Part shown: one piece after another, positions 8,805 through 18,281 of the stretch
Layout of the letters: the number at the start of each line of letters is the position of its first letter
Numbering within the stretch: the first letter of the stretch is position 1
From: Myxococcota bacterium
GTDB lineage: Bacteria > Myxococcota_A > Bradymonadia > UBA7976 > UBA1532
Length of the DNA: 64,000 bases
NCBI GenBank assembly: GCA_036337435.1
Contig: JAYZEG010000041.1
Coordinates: forward strand, 102,711 to 166,710
Direction: 5' to 3'
Notes under the pieces: model-generated
Databases searched by the model: none
Seen by the model: only the letters and a program-made list of their open reading frames with translations
What the model was told of the DNA's origin: nothing
Program-made: the position numbers and the translations under genes

Positions 8805-11800
8805 ATGCTCAAGCTTAGACGAATAACCTGGCTTCTATTTGGTTTGTTAACGGTCGTTGGCTGTGGTCGTTCATCGATCGAATGTCAGACGCACATCGAC
8901 TGCGGCGACGGCTTTGCCTGTATTGACGAGCAGTGCATTGACGGACCAGCTTGCGTTGAAGGCTTCTGTCCTCGAGGGTTACTCTGTATCTCTGGCGTAT
9001 GCATTGATGATCAAGTCATCCCAAATCGTTGTGGAGATGGAGCGGCGTGTCCGGACGGATTGAGTTGCATCGATGGGATCTGTGATGCTGTTTGTGTCGA
9101 TGGCGAGTGTCCACGGATCTGTGACGGTGGTAATTGCACTGATGCGGGCGATGCTTGCTTGGATGATGGTGGCTGTGTGGACGCGGGGTCTGCCTGTTTG
9201 GACGACAAAGGCTGCGAGGCCGGGGAGATTTGCGAGAATGGGGGCTGCCGTTCGGGTTGCCGAGGTGATGTTGACTGCGCAGGTGGCCAAGTTTGCGATC
9301 TGAGTTCGAACATTTGTGTGCCCGGATGCGGCCAAGAACGCCCGTGCGCTGAGGGACTGATTTGCTCTGACCAAGGGCAATGTCTTGGCTGTATCGAAGA
9401 CACTGACTGCTTGTCGGGATTTGTTTGTGTGGACAATTCATGCGAGATGAACCAGGGATGTAACGACGACAGTGAATGTCCAGCTCAGCAAGTTTGTCGT
9501 CGGGGACAATGTGGTCCAGACGAAGGCTGTCGAATTGACGAAGATTGTCGGTCGGATCAGCGGTGTATCGATGCTGAGTGTATCGATGTCGCCTGTCGGT
9601 TTGACCTCGACTGTGAGCCGGGCTTCATCTGCACGGATCAGGGCGAATGTGTGGACACCTTGGAATGTCGTCGTGACTCCGACTGTCCGGCTGGTCAATT
9701 ATGTGCTGCAAATTCTTGCTTACCAGGTCCAGAGTGCAGAGCTGATGTGGACTGTCCGAACGGCTTTGAATGCCAAGCAAATCGATGTGTCCAGGCACCA
9801 GAATGTCGAATCGACTTTGATTGTCCAAACAACTTTGAGTGTGTTGACAACGTATGCGTCGAACGTCCCGGCTGCAGAAATGATGAGGATTGTTTTCCTG
9901 GCCAGCGATGTTTGAACTCGGTTTGCATTGAGGACAATCGATGTCGGATTGACGGCGACTGTCCCGATGGTCAGCAATGTGTCGGAGGACTCTGTCAGGA
10001 AGTCGAGGCCGATTGCAGGGTTGATGCTGATTGTGCCGATGGTCAACGCTGTCTCGACGGCAGGTGTGTAGAGGGCTGTTTCAACGATGCTCAGTGTCCT
10101 GACGGGTTTGCTTGTATCAATGGCCGTTGTGGACGGCAGCCCTGTGCGAGTGACTTGAATTGCCCACAACCGTTGGGTTGTGTAGATGGTTTCTGTGGCG
10201 ATGTAGAGTGTCGAATCGATACGGGTTGTCCCGATGGCCAACAGTGTATTCGCCATCGATGCATTGCTGTCTCGGACTGTCAGGTTGCAGCCGATTGTCC
10301 GCCTAATAACGAGTGCGCCAATGGGCAATGCATCCCACTCCCAGAATGCGATGTGGAGAGACCCTGTGCAGAGGGGTTGGTATGTCGAGATGGGACGTGT
10401 GTCGACGATGTCGAATGCCGCGGTGACAACGAGTGCCCGTTGGGCTTTTCGTGTATCAATAATGTCTGTCTGCCTCAGGGGGCATGCGGGCCGGGGCGAC
10501 CCTGTCCGAATGACCTCGTTTGTAATGAAGGCGTTTGTGAGCCAGCAGTGGAGTGTTTGGTCAATGGTGACTGCCCAGCCCTCGACAGTTGCATCAACGG
10601 GCGTTGTCAATTTACAGGACGCTGTGCGCGCGATGAAGATTGTGGCCCGGGACAGGTCTGCGACGGGCTCAATCAACAGTGTGTTGATGATGTCGAATGC
10701 TTCGTCGATAACGACTGCCAAGATGGATTTCAATGTATTGGCAACCTTTGCAGAGAACTGCAGGGCTGTAATGTGGACCCTGATTGCGATCGAGGGGAAT
10801 TCTGCGCTGACCCACCTGGCATTTGTCTTCCCAGACCTGATTGTTTCGATGACAACGACTGCGGCGACGGTGAGCGTTGCGACCAAGGCAATTGTGTGGT
10901 CGTGGTTTGCCGGAACGATGACGAATGTGATGGAGAGTTTAGCTGTGTCGCTGGCCGCTGCGTACCGCCATTTTTCTGTGAAGACGCGGGTGACTGTCCA
11001 CTGCCGAATCTCCAATGCATCAATAACGTATGCACTGCACCAAACGGGTGCCAAAGCGATGATGAATGTCGGGGTGGGTTTAGTTGCGTAGCCGGTGTCT
11101 GCGCGCCAATTCCTCCGCCAGAGTGTCGAACAGATGAAGACTGTGGTCGGCGGGAGCAGTGTGAATTTGGTTTTTGTATTCCCGACCAAGGCTGTTCGGA
11201 TGACAACGAATGTCCCGTCGGTCAAATCTGCGCCGATCGTGAGTGTGCTCCAGACCCTGGACTTTGTCGTGGTGATGATGACTGTGGCCCGGATTCTGTT
11301 TGTAATGATGGTCGTTGCGTAGATGCGCCGCCAGAATGTCAGAACGACAACGATTGTCAGGCAGGGCAGTCTTGCGTCGCCGGGCAATGCGTCGAGGCAG
11401 CTCCTGAATGTCAGGTTGACGCCGATTGTGGTGCAGGTGAAATCTGTGTCGATTCCACCTGTCGACCGGGCTGTCGTGACAACCGGCAGTGTCCGGGCGA
11501 TCAAGTCTGTGTGGGTGGTGCCTGCCAAGACCCAGCGGAATGTCGGGAGGCTGACGAGATCCTGGATGTTGGACGCAACGGCGGCCGCTTTGCGGTCGAT
11601 ACGACAAGAGCCCCATCCAATTACAGTGGTACCTGTGCAGGTGCCGGGTCCGAGCGCGTTCTGCGCATCGTCTTGGACTCGTTTGTTTCCATGTCAATTA
11701 CCACGACAGGTGATGGTGGAGGGTTTAGAACCGATACGGTCTTGTACGTGCGTCGAGAATGCGATGAGTCTAGAAGTGAAGTTGTTTGCAATGATGATAC

Positions 11801-12455
11801 GGGTGCCAATGGCGGTGGCCAGCCGTCTTTATTCTCGTTTGTTGAAATCGAACGCGCTGAGCCGGGCGTCTACTACATCTTCGCGGATACGTTCGCGGAA
11901 GGGGCTCGGTTTAACGTCGAAATTGAGCTGTCTCCCCTCGCTCCGGAATGCGAACAGGATGATGATTGCGACGGCGTAACAATCTGTGAAGAGAACTTTT
12001 GCGTAGAACCTCAGTGCGTGCGCGACTCACAATGCGCCGACAATCAGCGTTGCTTAGATGGGCGATGTGAGCAGCGGGCTGATTTTTGTGGACGAGACAG
12101 TGATTGCGCAGATCAGAGTCAGATCTGTGAGCAGCAGACCTGTATCAACACCAATGGTGCATGTGCCGACGTCGATGATTGCCCGAACAACGCCTTTTGT
12201 ATCGGTGGCGGATGCATCGAAGCGATTCCATGTGCCAATAACAGACAGTGTCGACAAGTTGGTATTCCCTTACTTCGTTGCAGACAAGGCGTTTGTGCGT
12301 CCCAAATCAATCAGTGTGAGCGTAACGCTGATTGTCTTGCTGGAAACAGCTGCGCCTTCGGCTTCTGTATACCCTCGGCAAGTCCAGAGTGTATACGAGA
12401 CCGACATTGCGCTCCGGGTCAACTCTGCGAAGGCCAGGTTTGTGTCTTGGAATGA
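8805..12455 (+). CDS. Giant Cys-rich repeat lipoprotein with an internal PPC-like beta-sandwich
   Basis: Lipobox LTVVGC; dozens of C-x2-D-x-D-C-x2-G-x2-C-x4-C repeats; one non-repeat domain (about 11550-11940) with DTVLYVR..C...EVVCNDD...PGVYYIFAD. Confidence 0.85.
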   Translation: MLKLRRITWLLFGLLTVVGCGRSSIECQTHIDCGDGFACIDEQCIDGPACVEGFCPRGLLCISGVCIDDQVIPNRCGDGAACPDGLSCIDGICDAVCVDGECPRICDGGNCTDAGDACLDDGGCVDAGSACLDDKGCEAGEICENGGCRSGCRGDVDCAGGQVCDLSSNICVPGCGQERPCAEGLICSDQGQCLGCIEDTDCLSGFVCVDNSCEMNQGCNDDSECPAQQVCRRGQCGPDEGCRIDEDCRSDQRCIDAECIDVACRFDLDCEPGFICTDQGECVDTLECRRDSDCPAGQLCAANSCLPGPECRADVDCPNGFECQANRCVQAPECRIDFDCPNNFECVDNVCVERPGCRNDEDCFPGQRCLNSVCIEDNRCRIDGDCPDGQQCVGGLCQEVEADCRVDADCADGQRCLDGRCVEGCFNDAQCPDGFACINGRCGRQPCASDLNCPQPLGCVDGFCGDVECRIDTGCPDGQQCIRHRCIAVSDCQVAADCPPNNECANGQCIPLPECDVERPCAEGLVCRDGTCVDDVECRGDNECPLGFSCINNVCLPQGACGPGRPCPNDLVCNEGVCEPAVECLVNGDCPALDSCINGRCQFTGRCARDEDCGPGQVCDGLNQQCVDDVECFVDNDCQDGFQCIGNLCRELQGCNVDPDCDRGEFCADPPGICLPRPDCFDDNDCGDGERCDQGNCVVVVCRNDDECDGEFSCVAGRCVPPFFCEDAGDCPLPNLQCINNVCTAPNGCQSDDECRGGFSCVAGVCAPIPPPECRTDEDCGRREQCEFGFCIPDQGCSDDNECPVGQICADRECAPDPGLCRGDDDCGPDSVCNDGRCVDAPPECQNDNDCQAGQSCVAGQCVEAAPECQVDADCGAGEICVDSTCRPGCRDNRQCPGDQVCVGGACQDPAECREADEILDVGRNGGRFAVDTTRAPSNYSGTCAGAGSERVLRIVLDSFVSMSITTTGDGGGFRTDTVLYVRRECDESRSEVVCNDDTGANGGGQPSLFSFVEIERAEPGVYYIFADTFAEGARFNVEIELSPLAPECEQDDDCDGVTICEENFCVEPQCVRDSQCADNQRCLDGRCEQRADFCGRDSDCADQSQICEQQTCINTNGACADVDDCPNNAFCIGGGCIEAIPCANNRQCRQVGIPLLRCRQGVCASQINQCERNADCLAGNSCAFGFCIPSASPECIRDRHCAPGQLCEGQVCVLE

Positions 12456-12476
12456 TCGAGTTATCAACGGCCTAAA

Positions 12477-13937
12477 TCAAGGCGCGATAAGTCGCCGTTT
12501 GCCATCCTTGGATAAGGCGACTCCTGGCTCATCAATTTGAATCCGGTCCCAGAGTTGGCAAGTCACCTCTTTGTGCCGGGTATCCAATGCCTCGCAGTAG
12601 TTCGTATATTTGCAGCGGCGGATTTCATCCCCTCGCCCCCGTCGGATTTTCAAAAACCAATCAGGGTCGGCCAGTGATTGTCGAGCGGCGGCGATGATAT
12701 CGGCATGCCCGTTTTTGAGCAAAGACTCCGCCCCCGTAAAATCATTGATGCCCCCAGCAACGATAACAGGAACTTGTAGGCCTGCTTCACGCAAGATCGA
12801 CTTAACCTGAGCCATTGCCTGTATATTTCGATAAAAGGGGCCTCGCGTGTCGCTATAAATGGTCGGCATACACTCGTAGCCACTTTCGCCGGTGTATGGG
12901 TAGATCGCTTGACCCACCTTGGGCTGTTTTGCATCGTCGAACTTGCCCCCTTTGGATAAACTTAAAAAGTCCATCCCGCCACGGGCGAATGCCAAAGCGA
13001 TCTGAGGTGATTCTTGTTCCGAAAAACCGCCCTCGATGACTTCATCGACTAAGAATCGACAACCGACGATGAAGTGGTCGCTGACATTTCGTCTGACCGC
13101 GTCATAGACTTCTAATGGACACCTCAAACGATGGCTCAAGGGACCACCATAGCCATCATTTCTGTCATTGGTTTTGGAAAGGAAGCTCGCCATTGTATAG
13201 GCGTGTGCATAATGGAGCTCGACGCCGTCAAAACCAGCACTTTCTGCCCGCTTTGCCGCCTCGGCAAAAAGCGTTGGCAGCTGAACTGGGAGGGATGCGA
13301 TATGCGCGAGATGCGTATCCGTCACCCGTTCTCTGTAACCCAGATTTAGACTTTCGAATTCACGTTGGGTGAGCAGCGTTGCCTGGATGTCATTAGACTG
13401 TTCGAAGAGAAATGAGCGAATATCGTCTTCCGGCGCGTCCATCCAATGATCGGTTTGTGTAAACCCCGCTATGGATGTGCGGTGATGTGGAGTGATTTTA
13501 AGATGGCGACCGAAGTAAACATCTGGTTTGGGGCGTCTATTGAGTCGTAGAAAGTCGATGAGTTGTATAAACAGCTTTGTTCGTCCCTTACTTTCTTCTT
13601 TGACCCGTTTGACGAGACGTTTCAGGCCGTGCAGATAGCGATCGTGCCCAATTCGCAGCAATGGGCCACTCGGAATCTCCCGTATGCCAGTTGCCTCAAC
13701 TACGATGGCACCGGGTTGCCCCTTTGCGAAACGCCCGTACCACTGCACTACATTGTCGGTTACCTCTCCGTCTTCGGTCGCCCGCCAGGGAACCATCGCC
13801 GGGACCCATGTACGCTCAGCAAGCTGTAAACGCCCCCGACTGAATTCGCTAAATAACTGGGCCTGAGCGGCATCTTCAGCACTGGGCCACCGGTCTGGTG
13901 CTACACGGTGTTTGGTGACTTCGGGTGGTCGCCACAT
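12477..13937 (-). CDS. NADH:flavin oxidoreductase (Old Yellow Enzyme family)
   Basis: PAMV, EAT, AGFDGVELHYAHAYTMASFLS, NDRNDGYGG, AARQSLADPDW, C-terminal CxxxNxC. Confidence 0.92.
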   Translation of the reverse strand: MWRPPEVTKHRVAPDRWPSAEDAAQAQLFSEFSRGRLQLAERTWVPAMVPWRATEDGEVTDNVVQWYGRFAKGQPGAIVVEATGIREIPSGPLLRIGHDRYLHGLKRLVKRVKEESKGRTKLFIQLIDFLRLNRRPKPDVYFGRHLKITPHHRTSIAGFTQTDHWMDAPEDDIRSFLFEQSNDIQATLLTQREFESLNLGYRERVTDTHLAHIASLPVQLPTLFAEAAKRAESAGFDGVELHYAHAYTMASFLSKTNDRNDGYGGPLSHRLRCPLEVYDAVRRNVSDHFIVGCRFLVDEVIEGGFSEQESPQIALAFARGGMDFLSLSKGGKFDDAKQPKVGQAIYPYTGESGYECMPTIYSDTRGPFYRNIQAMAQVKSILREAGLQVPVIVAGGINDFTGAESLLKNGHADIIAAARQSLADPDWFLKIRRGRGDEIRRCKYTNYCEALDTRHKEVTCQLWDRIQIDEPGVALSKDGKRRLIAP

Positions 13938-13939
13938 GG

Positions 13940-14419
13940 CTAACGAGATTCGTCTAGAATACGCTCGAGGAGGGCATTTGTCGCCTCGTCGACCAGCTCC
14001 CAGACGTGCCTAAAACCATCAGAGCCCCCATAGTACGGGTCCGGGACATCTTGTCCCTTCCTCTCCAATTCATCGAGCATGAGACTGATTCTTGAGTTCG
14101 AATGAGCGGATTGTCGTGCCTTGATGTCTCTTAGATTGCTCCGATCCATCGCAATGATGTAGTCAAACTCGTCAAAATCGGTTCGCTTAAGTTTTCTTGA
14201 ACTTTGGCGGCTGATATCGATTCCCATTGTCTCCGCGATTTTGATACTTCGAGGATCCGGTGCTTCGCCTGCGTGATAGCCCCCGGTCCCGGCCGAGTCG
14301 ATGACAAAATGACTGTGTAAACGCCGACTGTTTACGTGTTCCCTGAATGCGCCCTCTGCCAGAGGTGAGCGACAGATGTTGCCGAGACAGACGAACAGAA
14401 CATGGATAGGCTTCTTCAT
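13940..14419 (-). CDS. Low-molecular-weight protein-tyrosine phosphatase
   Basis: VLFVCLGNICRSPLAE P-loop, DSAGT, DPYYG. Confidence 0.97.
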   Translation of the reverse strand: MKKPIHVLFVCLGNICRSPLAEGAFREHVNSRRLHSHFVIDSAGTGGYHAGEAPDPRSIKIAETMGIDISRQSSRKLKRTDFDEFDYIIAMDRSNLRDIKARQSAHSNSRISLMLDELERKGQDVPDPYYGGSDGFRHVWELVDEATNALLERILDESR

Positions 14420-14424
14420 TTTCT

Positions 14425-15819
14425 TTATCCGATCTTTCCGATGACGGAGTGATATTCTGGATCTTTCGAGAGCCGTGGATACCGGGCGACCGCATCATTA
14501 AGGAGTGCCCTTGCTGTTTCAGGGCCTTGCGCAGAAGCAACTTGAAGAACGTGAAAGAAAAACATTCCCAGTGGTGCATCGTCGCTTTTGAATAAACGCT
14601 CGAAGAAAATGGGCAGATTATTGTGGTCCTTAAATTCGATTGCGAGGGCGCAGAGGTTGTTGAGCATTGCCGGCCAACCGTTTGATCGTTCAGGCTTACC
14701 AGAGAATGCTTTTTTGTACGCCGCATAGGCAGCCTGATACTGCGCCAATTCCCAATTTAAAGCGCCCAAGAGTTCATAAGCCTCCCAGACCCTGTGTCGC
14801 AGCCATACTTGCTCATTCGCACCCGGCAATGCCAACGATTGCAAGGCACGTTCAACTGCTTGAACGGCTTGTTGATTTGCATTTGCTTTCGCAAGCCCCT
14901 TACCCAATTGGTACCAGATGTCTGGATGGTTTGGATGCACTGCCAGTGTTTCCTGGGCGATGTCAATGATCTGATGTGGCGACGCATCCGTCGCAAACAG
15001 CACCCTGATGAGATGATCAGCCGCGTCGACCATCGGCCCATGACCCGTTTTTTTAATCCCCGCATAAGCCAGACGAAGGGCTGCTTCGGCCGCGTCGGTA
15101 CGGCCAAGCAACAGGTATTCGCGACCTAGATAAAACCGTTGCTGATGATTGTCTGGTTCATCTTTTAGGGTGGCCTCGATCAAGGGTAAGGACCGCGCAG
15201 CCTTTTGCCGAGCTTTATACAACTCAGGATCATAACCAAGATGAACGATGCTCAGACCCGTAAACCGAGTGGCCTCTATTTTTGGTGCGTTTGGGTCGAG
15301 GGCTCCGAAGCGATTATGCACCCTGCCAGAGTATCCGAGTCGGGCATCCCGTGGGAATATCCGTACGCTGAAAAACGAAGAGATTGGGCTGCCATCTAAA
15401 CGAGTATTGGTCACATCCAGCATGAAGGCTTGAAATGGAAAACTCGGACCGGGTTTCAAGTACCGCCTGATAGACTCAGGCTTGGGGCCGACAAATCGTT
15501 CATCGGCGTCCAAAATCGCCACCCATTGCCCATTCGCTCGTTTAAGCGTCTCATTGCGCGCCGCTGAAAAATCGTTGATCCACGGAAAGTGGCTTACCGT
15601 TGCACCCAAGTCCTGTGCGATTTCAACGGTTCTGTCTGTCGAACCAGTATCGACAACGATGAGTTCATCGCAGAAAGACTTTGCACTCTTCAGCGCGTCT
15701 TCTAGGAAGTCTTCTTCGTTTTTTACCATCATGGCTAACGAGAGTAACGGACCGGCCGCGGTCGTCGGCCGTTTGGACTTCGGTCGCTGTTTTTTTTTCT
15801 TTTTATTCCGTTTACTCAC
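14425..15819 (-). CDS. GT2 glycosyltransferase with C-terminal TPR repeats
   Basis: LSLAMMVKNEE, VVDTGSTD, DFSAARN, ILDADE, VHN, HLGY; followed by TPR-like helices. Confidence 0.93.
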   Translation of the reverse strand: MSKRNKKKKKQRPKSKRPTTAAGPLLSLAMMVKNEEDFLEDALKSAKSFCDELIVVDTGSTDRTVEIAQDLGATVSHFPWINDFSAARNETLKRANGQWVAILDADERFVGPKPESIRRYLKPGPSFPFQAFMLDVTNTRLDGSPISSFFSVRIFPRDARLGYSGRVHNRFGALDPNAPKIEATRFTGLSIVHLGYDPELYKARQKAARSLPLIEATLKDEPDNHQQRFYLGREYLLLGRTDAAEAALRLAYAGIKKTGHGPMVDAADHLIRVLFATDASPHQIIDIAQETLAVHPNHPDIWYQLGKGLAKANANQQAVQAVERALQSLALPGANEQVWLRHRVWEAYELLGALNWELAQYQAAYAAYKKAFSGKPERSNGWPAMLNNLCALAIEFKDHNNLPIFFERLFKSDDAPLGMFFFHVLQVASAQGPETARALLNDAVARYPRLSKDPEYHSVIGKIG

Positions 15820-16103
15820 TCGGTGTCGAAAGCCTCGCGTAGTCGGCGGGAAATCGATCCTTTTAGGCGGTCTCCGTCGACACCAGCAGCTCGAGCCATC
15901 ATGCCCAGCTTGATTTCAACAGTCACATCGTTGTCAGTGACCGACATTGAGCCCGATACACCAATGCCCTTGAAAGTCGCTTTGTGCCCAGACCAGCTTA
16001 GTTTAACGCCAAATTTACCGAGCATTTCTTCAAAGACCGACACGCGACTTTTCGCCGTTTCGGTTCCGAGGGTGTGTGATTCTGTTATGCGTATCGTAGC
16101 CAT
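15816..16103 (-). CDS. Polyhydroxyalkanoic acid system family protein (PHA_gran_rgn-like)
   Basis: I...HTLG...AKSRV...W....F.G.GVSG...V....V.V...LG pattern, 95 aa. Confidence 0.75.
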   Translation of the reverse strand: MATIRITESHTLGTETAKSRVSVFEEMLGKFGVKLSWSGHKATFKGIGVSGSMSVTDNDVTVEIKLGMMARAAGVDGDRLKGSISRRLREAFDTE

Positions 16104-16351
16104 GAAAGGATCTCCCCATTATGCGTTGATTCATCTCGTGAACTGGCCGGTTCATGTCTGCTGTTATATTTGGACTCGTCCATTTCGTCCATAGATCCGT
16201 CGACGGTGTGGTCGAATGCTGATTTTTCCAAGGGCATAAATGCCGCGCTCATGACTCCCAAAAATTTCACCATGAGCACTTAAGGTCACGGGTAAAACCA
16301 GTTTCGTCAATCACCGATTGGTGTCACAGATTCGCGTCCATCGACGGCAAT

Positions 16352-17410
16352 CTAGAGGGCTCTCCAGCGGCGGCCCGGACTCTCAAAACCAGATGGTTGC
16401 GTATTGGTTAAGATGTATATTGCTCTTCGGTTTTTTTCCTCATCCACGTTGTCTGCGGTCGATACGGCTTGCATTTTCTCACCATATCCCTCGTAAAAGA
16501 TCGGTGAATCAATGCCTTGTGAACGAAAATATCCAGCGATTGCTTTGGCACGTTTTCGACTCAGCATCAGGTTGTCTTGCTCGGACCCCACCGTATCCGT
16601 ACAACCCGCGACGAAGAGTTTTAAATCAAAGTTGACGTCTGAGCGGCCCAACGTTGTCCGAAAAGCTTTAATTTCCTTTTGAATTAAATTCACGACCGCC
16701 GCTAGCTTTTTGGCCTCTTGAGGTTCGATGTTTGCCTGTCCAGACCCAAAAATGACATCATCGTGAGGGATTTCCACGTACCAAGCCACCAAGCGAAATG
16801 CTCGCCATCGGCCCACATGGTCGTGCACTTTGAGTTCGATGCGGCGGACAGTCTTGGGGTCTAAGGCGTCAAATCGGATGTCGACTGAGCCCGTTGCTTC
16901 ATTTAGGGAGACTGAATCATCCACAATTTGATCGCCCTGAATGTTAAAGCCAACGAGCTCGGCTTTCTCAAGTGGGGTGTTCGAACTGACCGTAATGATT
17001 CCTTTGTCGAGTTTGACGCCTTGCTTGCTTAATTGAATTTGAAGTGGACCCACGGACACGATTTCGAATTTGAAAGTCGATGTGACCGTCTCGGAACCAA
17101 TTTTTGCTTTGATATCGGCGACCCAATTGGTTCGTCCCATGGGAACCTTGAACGATATGGTTCGTTTTGAGCCTGGTTTCATTGACGCAAACGACGCCGT
17201 TGATTCGCTTTTTGGACCTTTCAGGCTTACGCTTACTTTCTGAAGAGCCTGGTTTGCGCCTAACGTGAGTTTTGCTTTCTGTCCTGGCTTGACTTGATAG
17301 GTGGCAGAAATCGACCATGGAGAGCCGTCAGCATGGGCTGAGATGGACAAGGCGCACAGGATGGCCAAGGTCATGCCGGCCGAAGCCAATGCGTTTCTGA
17401 GACTGTTCAT
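16352..17410 (-). CDS. Secreted OmpA-family protein
   Basis: Signal peptide ending SAHA; C-terminal IPHDDVIFGSG...VAGCTDTVG...NLMLSRKRAKAIAGYF...GYGE...NRRA. Start ATG 17410 with GGAG. Confidence 0.88.
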   Translation of the reverse strand: MNSLRNALASAGMTLAILCALSISAHADGSPWSISATYQVKPGQKAKLTLGANQALQKVSVSLKGPKSESTASFASMKPGSKRTISFKVPMGRTNWVADIKAKIGSETVTSTFKFEIVSVGPLQIQLSKQGVKLDKGIITVSSNTPLEKAELVGFNIQGDQIVDDSVSLNEATGSVDIRFDALDPKTVRRIELKVHDHVGRWRAFRLVAWYVEIPHDDVIFGSGQANIEPQEAKKLAAVVNLIQKEIKAFRTTLGRSDVNFDLKLFVAGCTDTVGSEQDNLMLSRKRAKAIAGYFRSQGIDSPIFYEGYGEKMQAVSTADNVDEEKNRRAIYILTNTQPSGFESPGRRWRAL

Positions 17411-17559
17411 AAGTGACTCCATCCAAAACTCGCTGTTATCCGCAGTGACGTCGTTTCTGCCATTGTTATTCGTCTTCTTCAAAGCTTCACAGGACTTTCA
17501 TTCATTTTTTTCACGTGAATATGTTAATCTGTGGCCCTCATTCGCAAATGGAGCAGGTC

Positions 17560-18279
17560 ATGAAACCCAGTCATATCGCCATCATCATGGATGGCAATGG
17601 TCGTTGGGCTGAGCAGCGAGAGAAACCCCGTGGCAGCGGTCACAAGGAAGGCGCGGAAGCAGTCCGGCGGATCGTGCGGCATGCTCGTCGTCTCGAAACC
17701 GATTGTTTGACGCTGTTCGCTTTCAGTAGTTTGAATTGGGGACGCCCGTCCACCGAGATCAACGATCTGATGGATTTACTGCTTGAATTTCTTTACTCCG
17801 AACGGCAGGAACTCCTCGAGAATGGCATTCGCTTGAGGGCCATTGGTGAGCGCGACTTCTTGCCATCATCCGTGCGGGCAGCCTTGTCGCAGTTGGAATC
17901 TGATACAGCCGGCTGCACGGAGATGGAGCTGGTCTTAGCTGTTTCATACGACGGTCGCCGAGACATGGTCCGCGCTGCCCGACGATTAGCTCTCATGGCT
18001 CAGAAGGGTGACCTTTTGCCGGCTGATTTGAGCGAGACTCAGCTTATGAATGCTCTGTCTACGCGTACGTTGCCAGACGTCGACTTGTTGATCAGAACAT
18101 CAGGGGAGTTCCGGACATCAGGATTTCTCCCCCTTGAAGCGTGTTATGCCGAGCTCTATTTCACTGAAACTTTGTGGCCTGACTTTACAGAGGCGGATCT
18201 AGACGCAGCGTGTGTTGAATACAGCCGTCGACAGCGTCGTTTCGGCCTAACAAGTGACCAGTTGGCCGTAAACGGGTAA
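17560..18279 (+). CDS. uppS: Undecaprenyl/isoprenyl diphosphate synthase
   Basis: HIAIIMDGNGRWA, TLFAFSSLNWGRP, DLLIRTSGEFRTSGFL, WPDF, RRFG. Confidence 0.97.
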   Translation: MKPSHIAIIMDGNGRWAEQREKPRGSGHKEGAEAVRRIVRHARRLETDCLTLFAFSSLNWGRPSTEINDLMDLLLEFLYSERQELLENGIRLRAIGERDFLPSSVRAALSQLESDTAGCTEMELVLAVSYDGRRDMVRAARRLALMAQKGDLLPADLSETQLMNALSTRTLPDVDLLIRTSGEFRTSGFLPLEACYAELYFTETLWPDFTEADLDAACVEYSRRQRRFGLTSDQLAVNG

Positions 18280-18281
18280 CC

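Noticed and set aside
9720..11528. 602-aa antisense ORF and other overlapping ORFs in the Cys-rich genes
   Set aside because: Shadow frames produced by the biased codon content of the repeat protein; no protein-like motifs.
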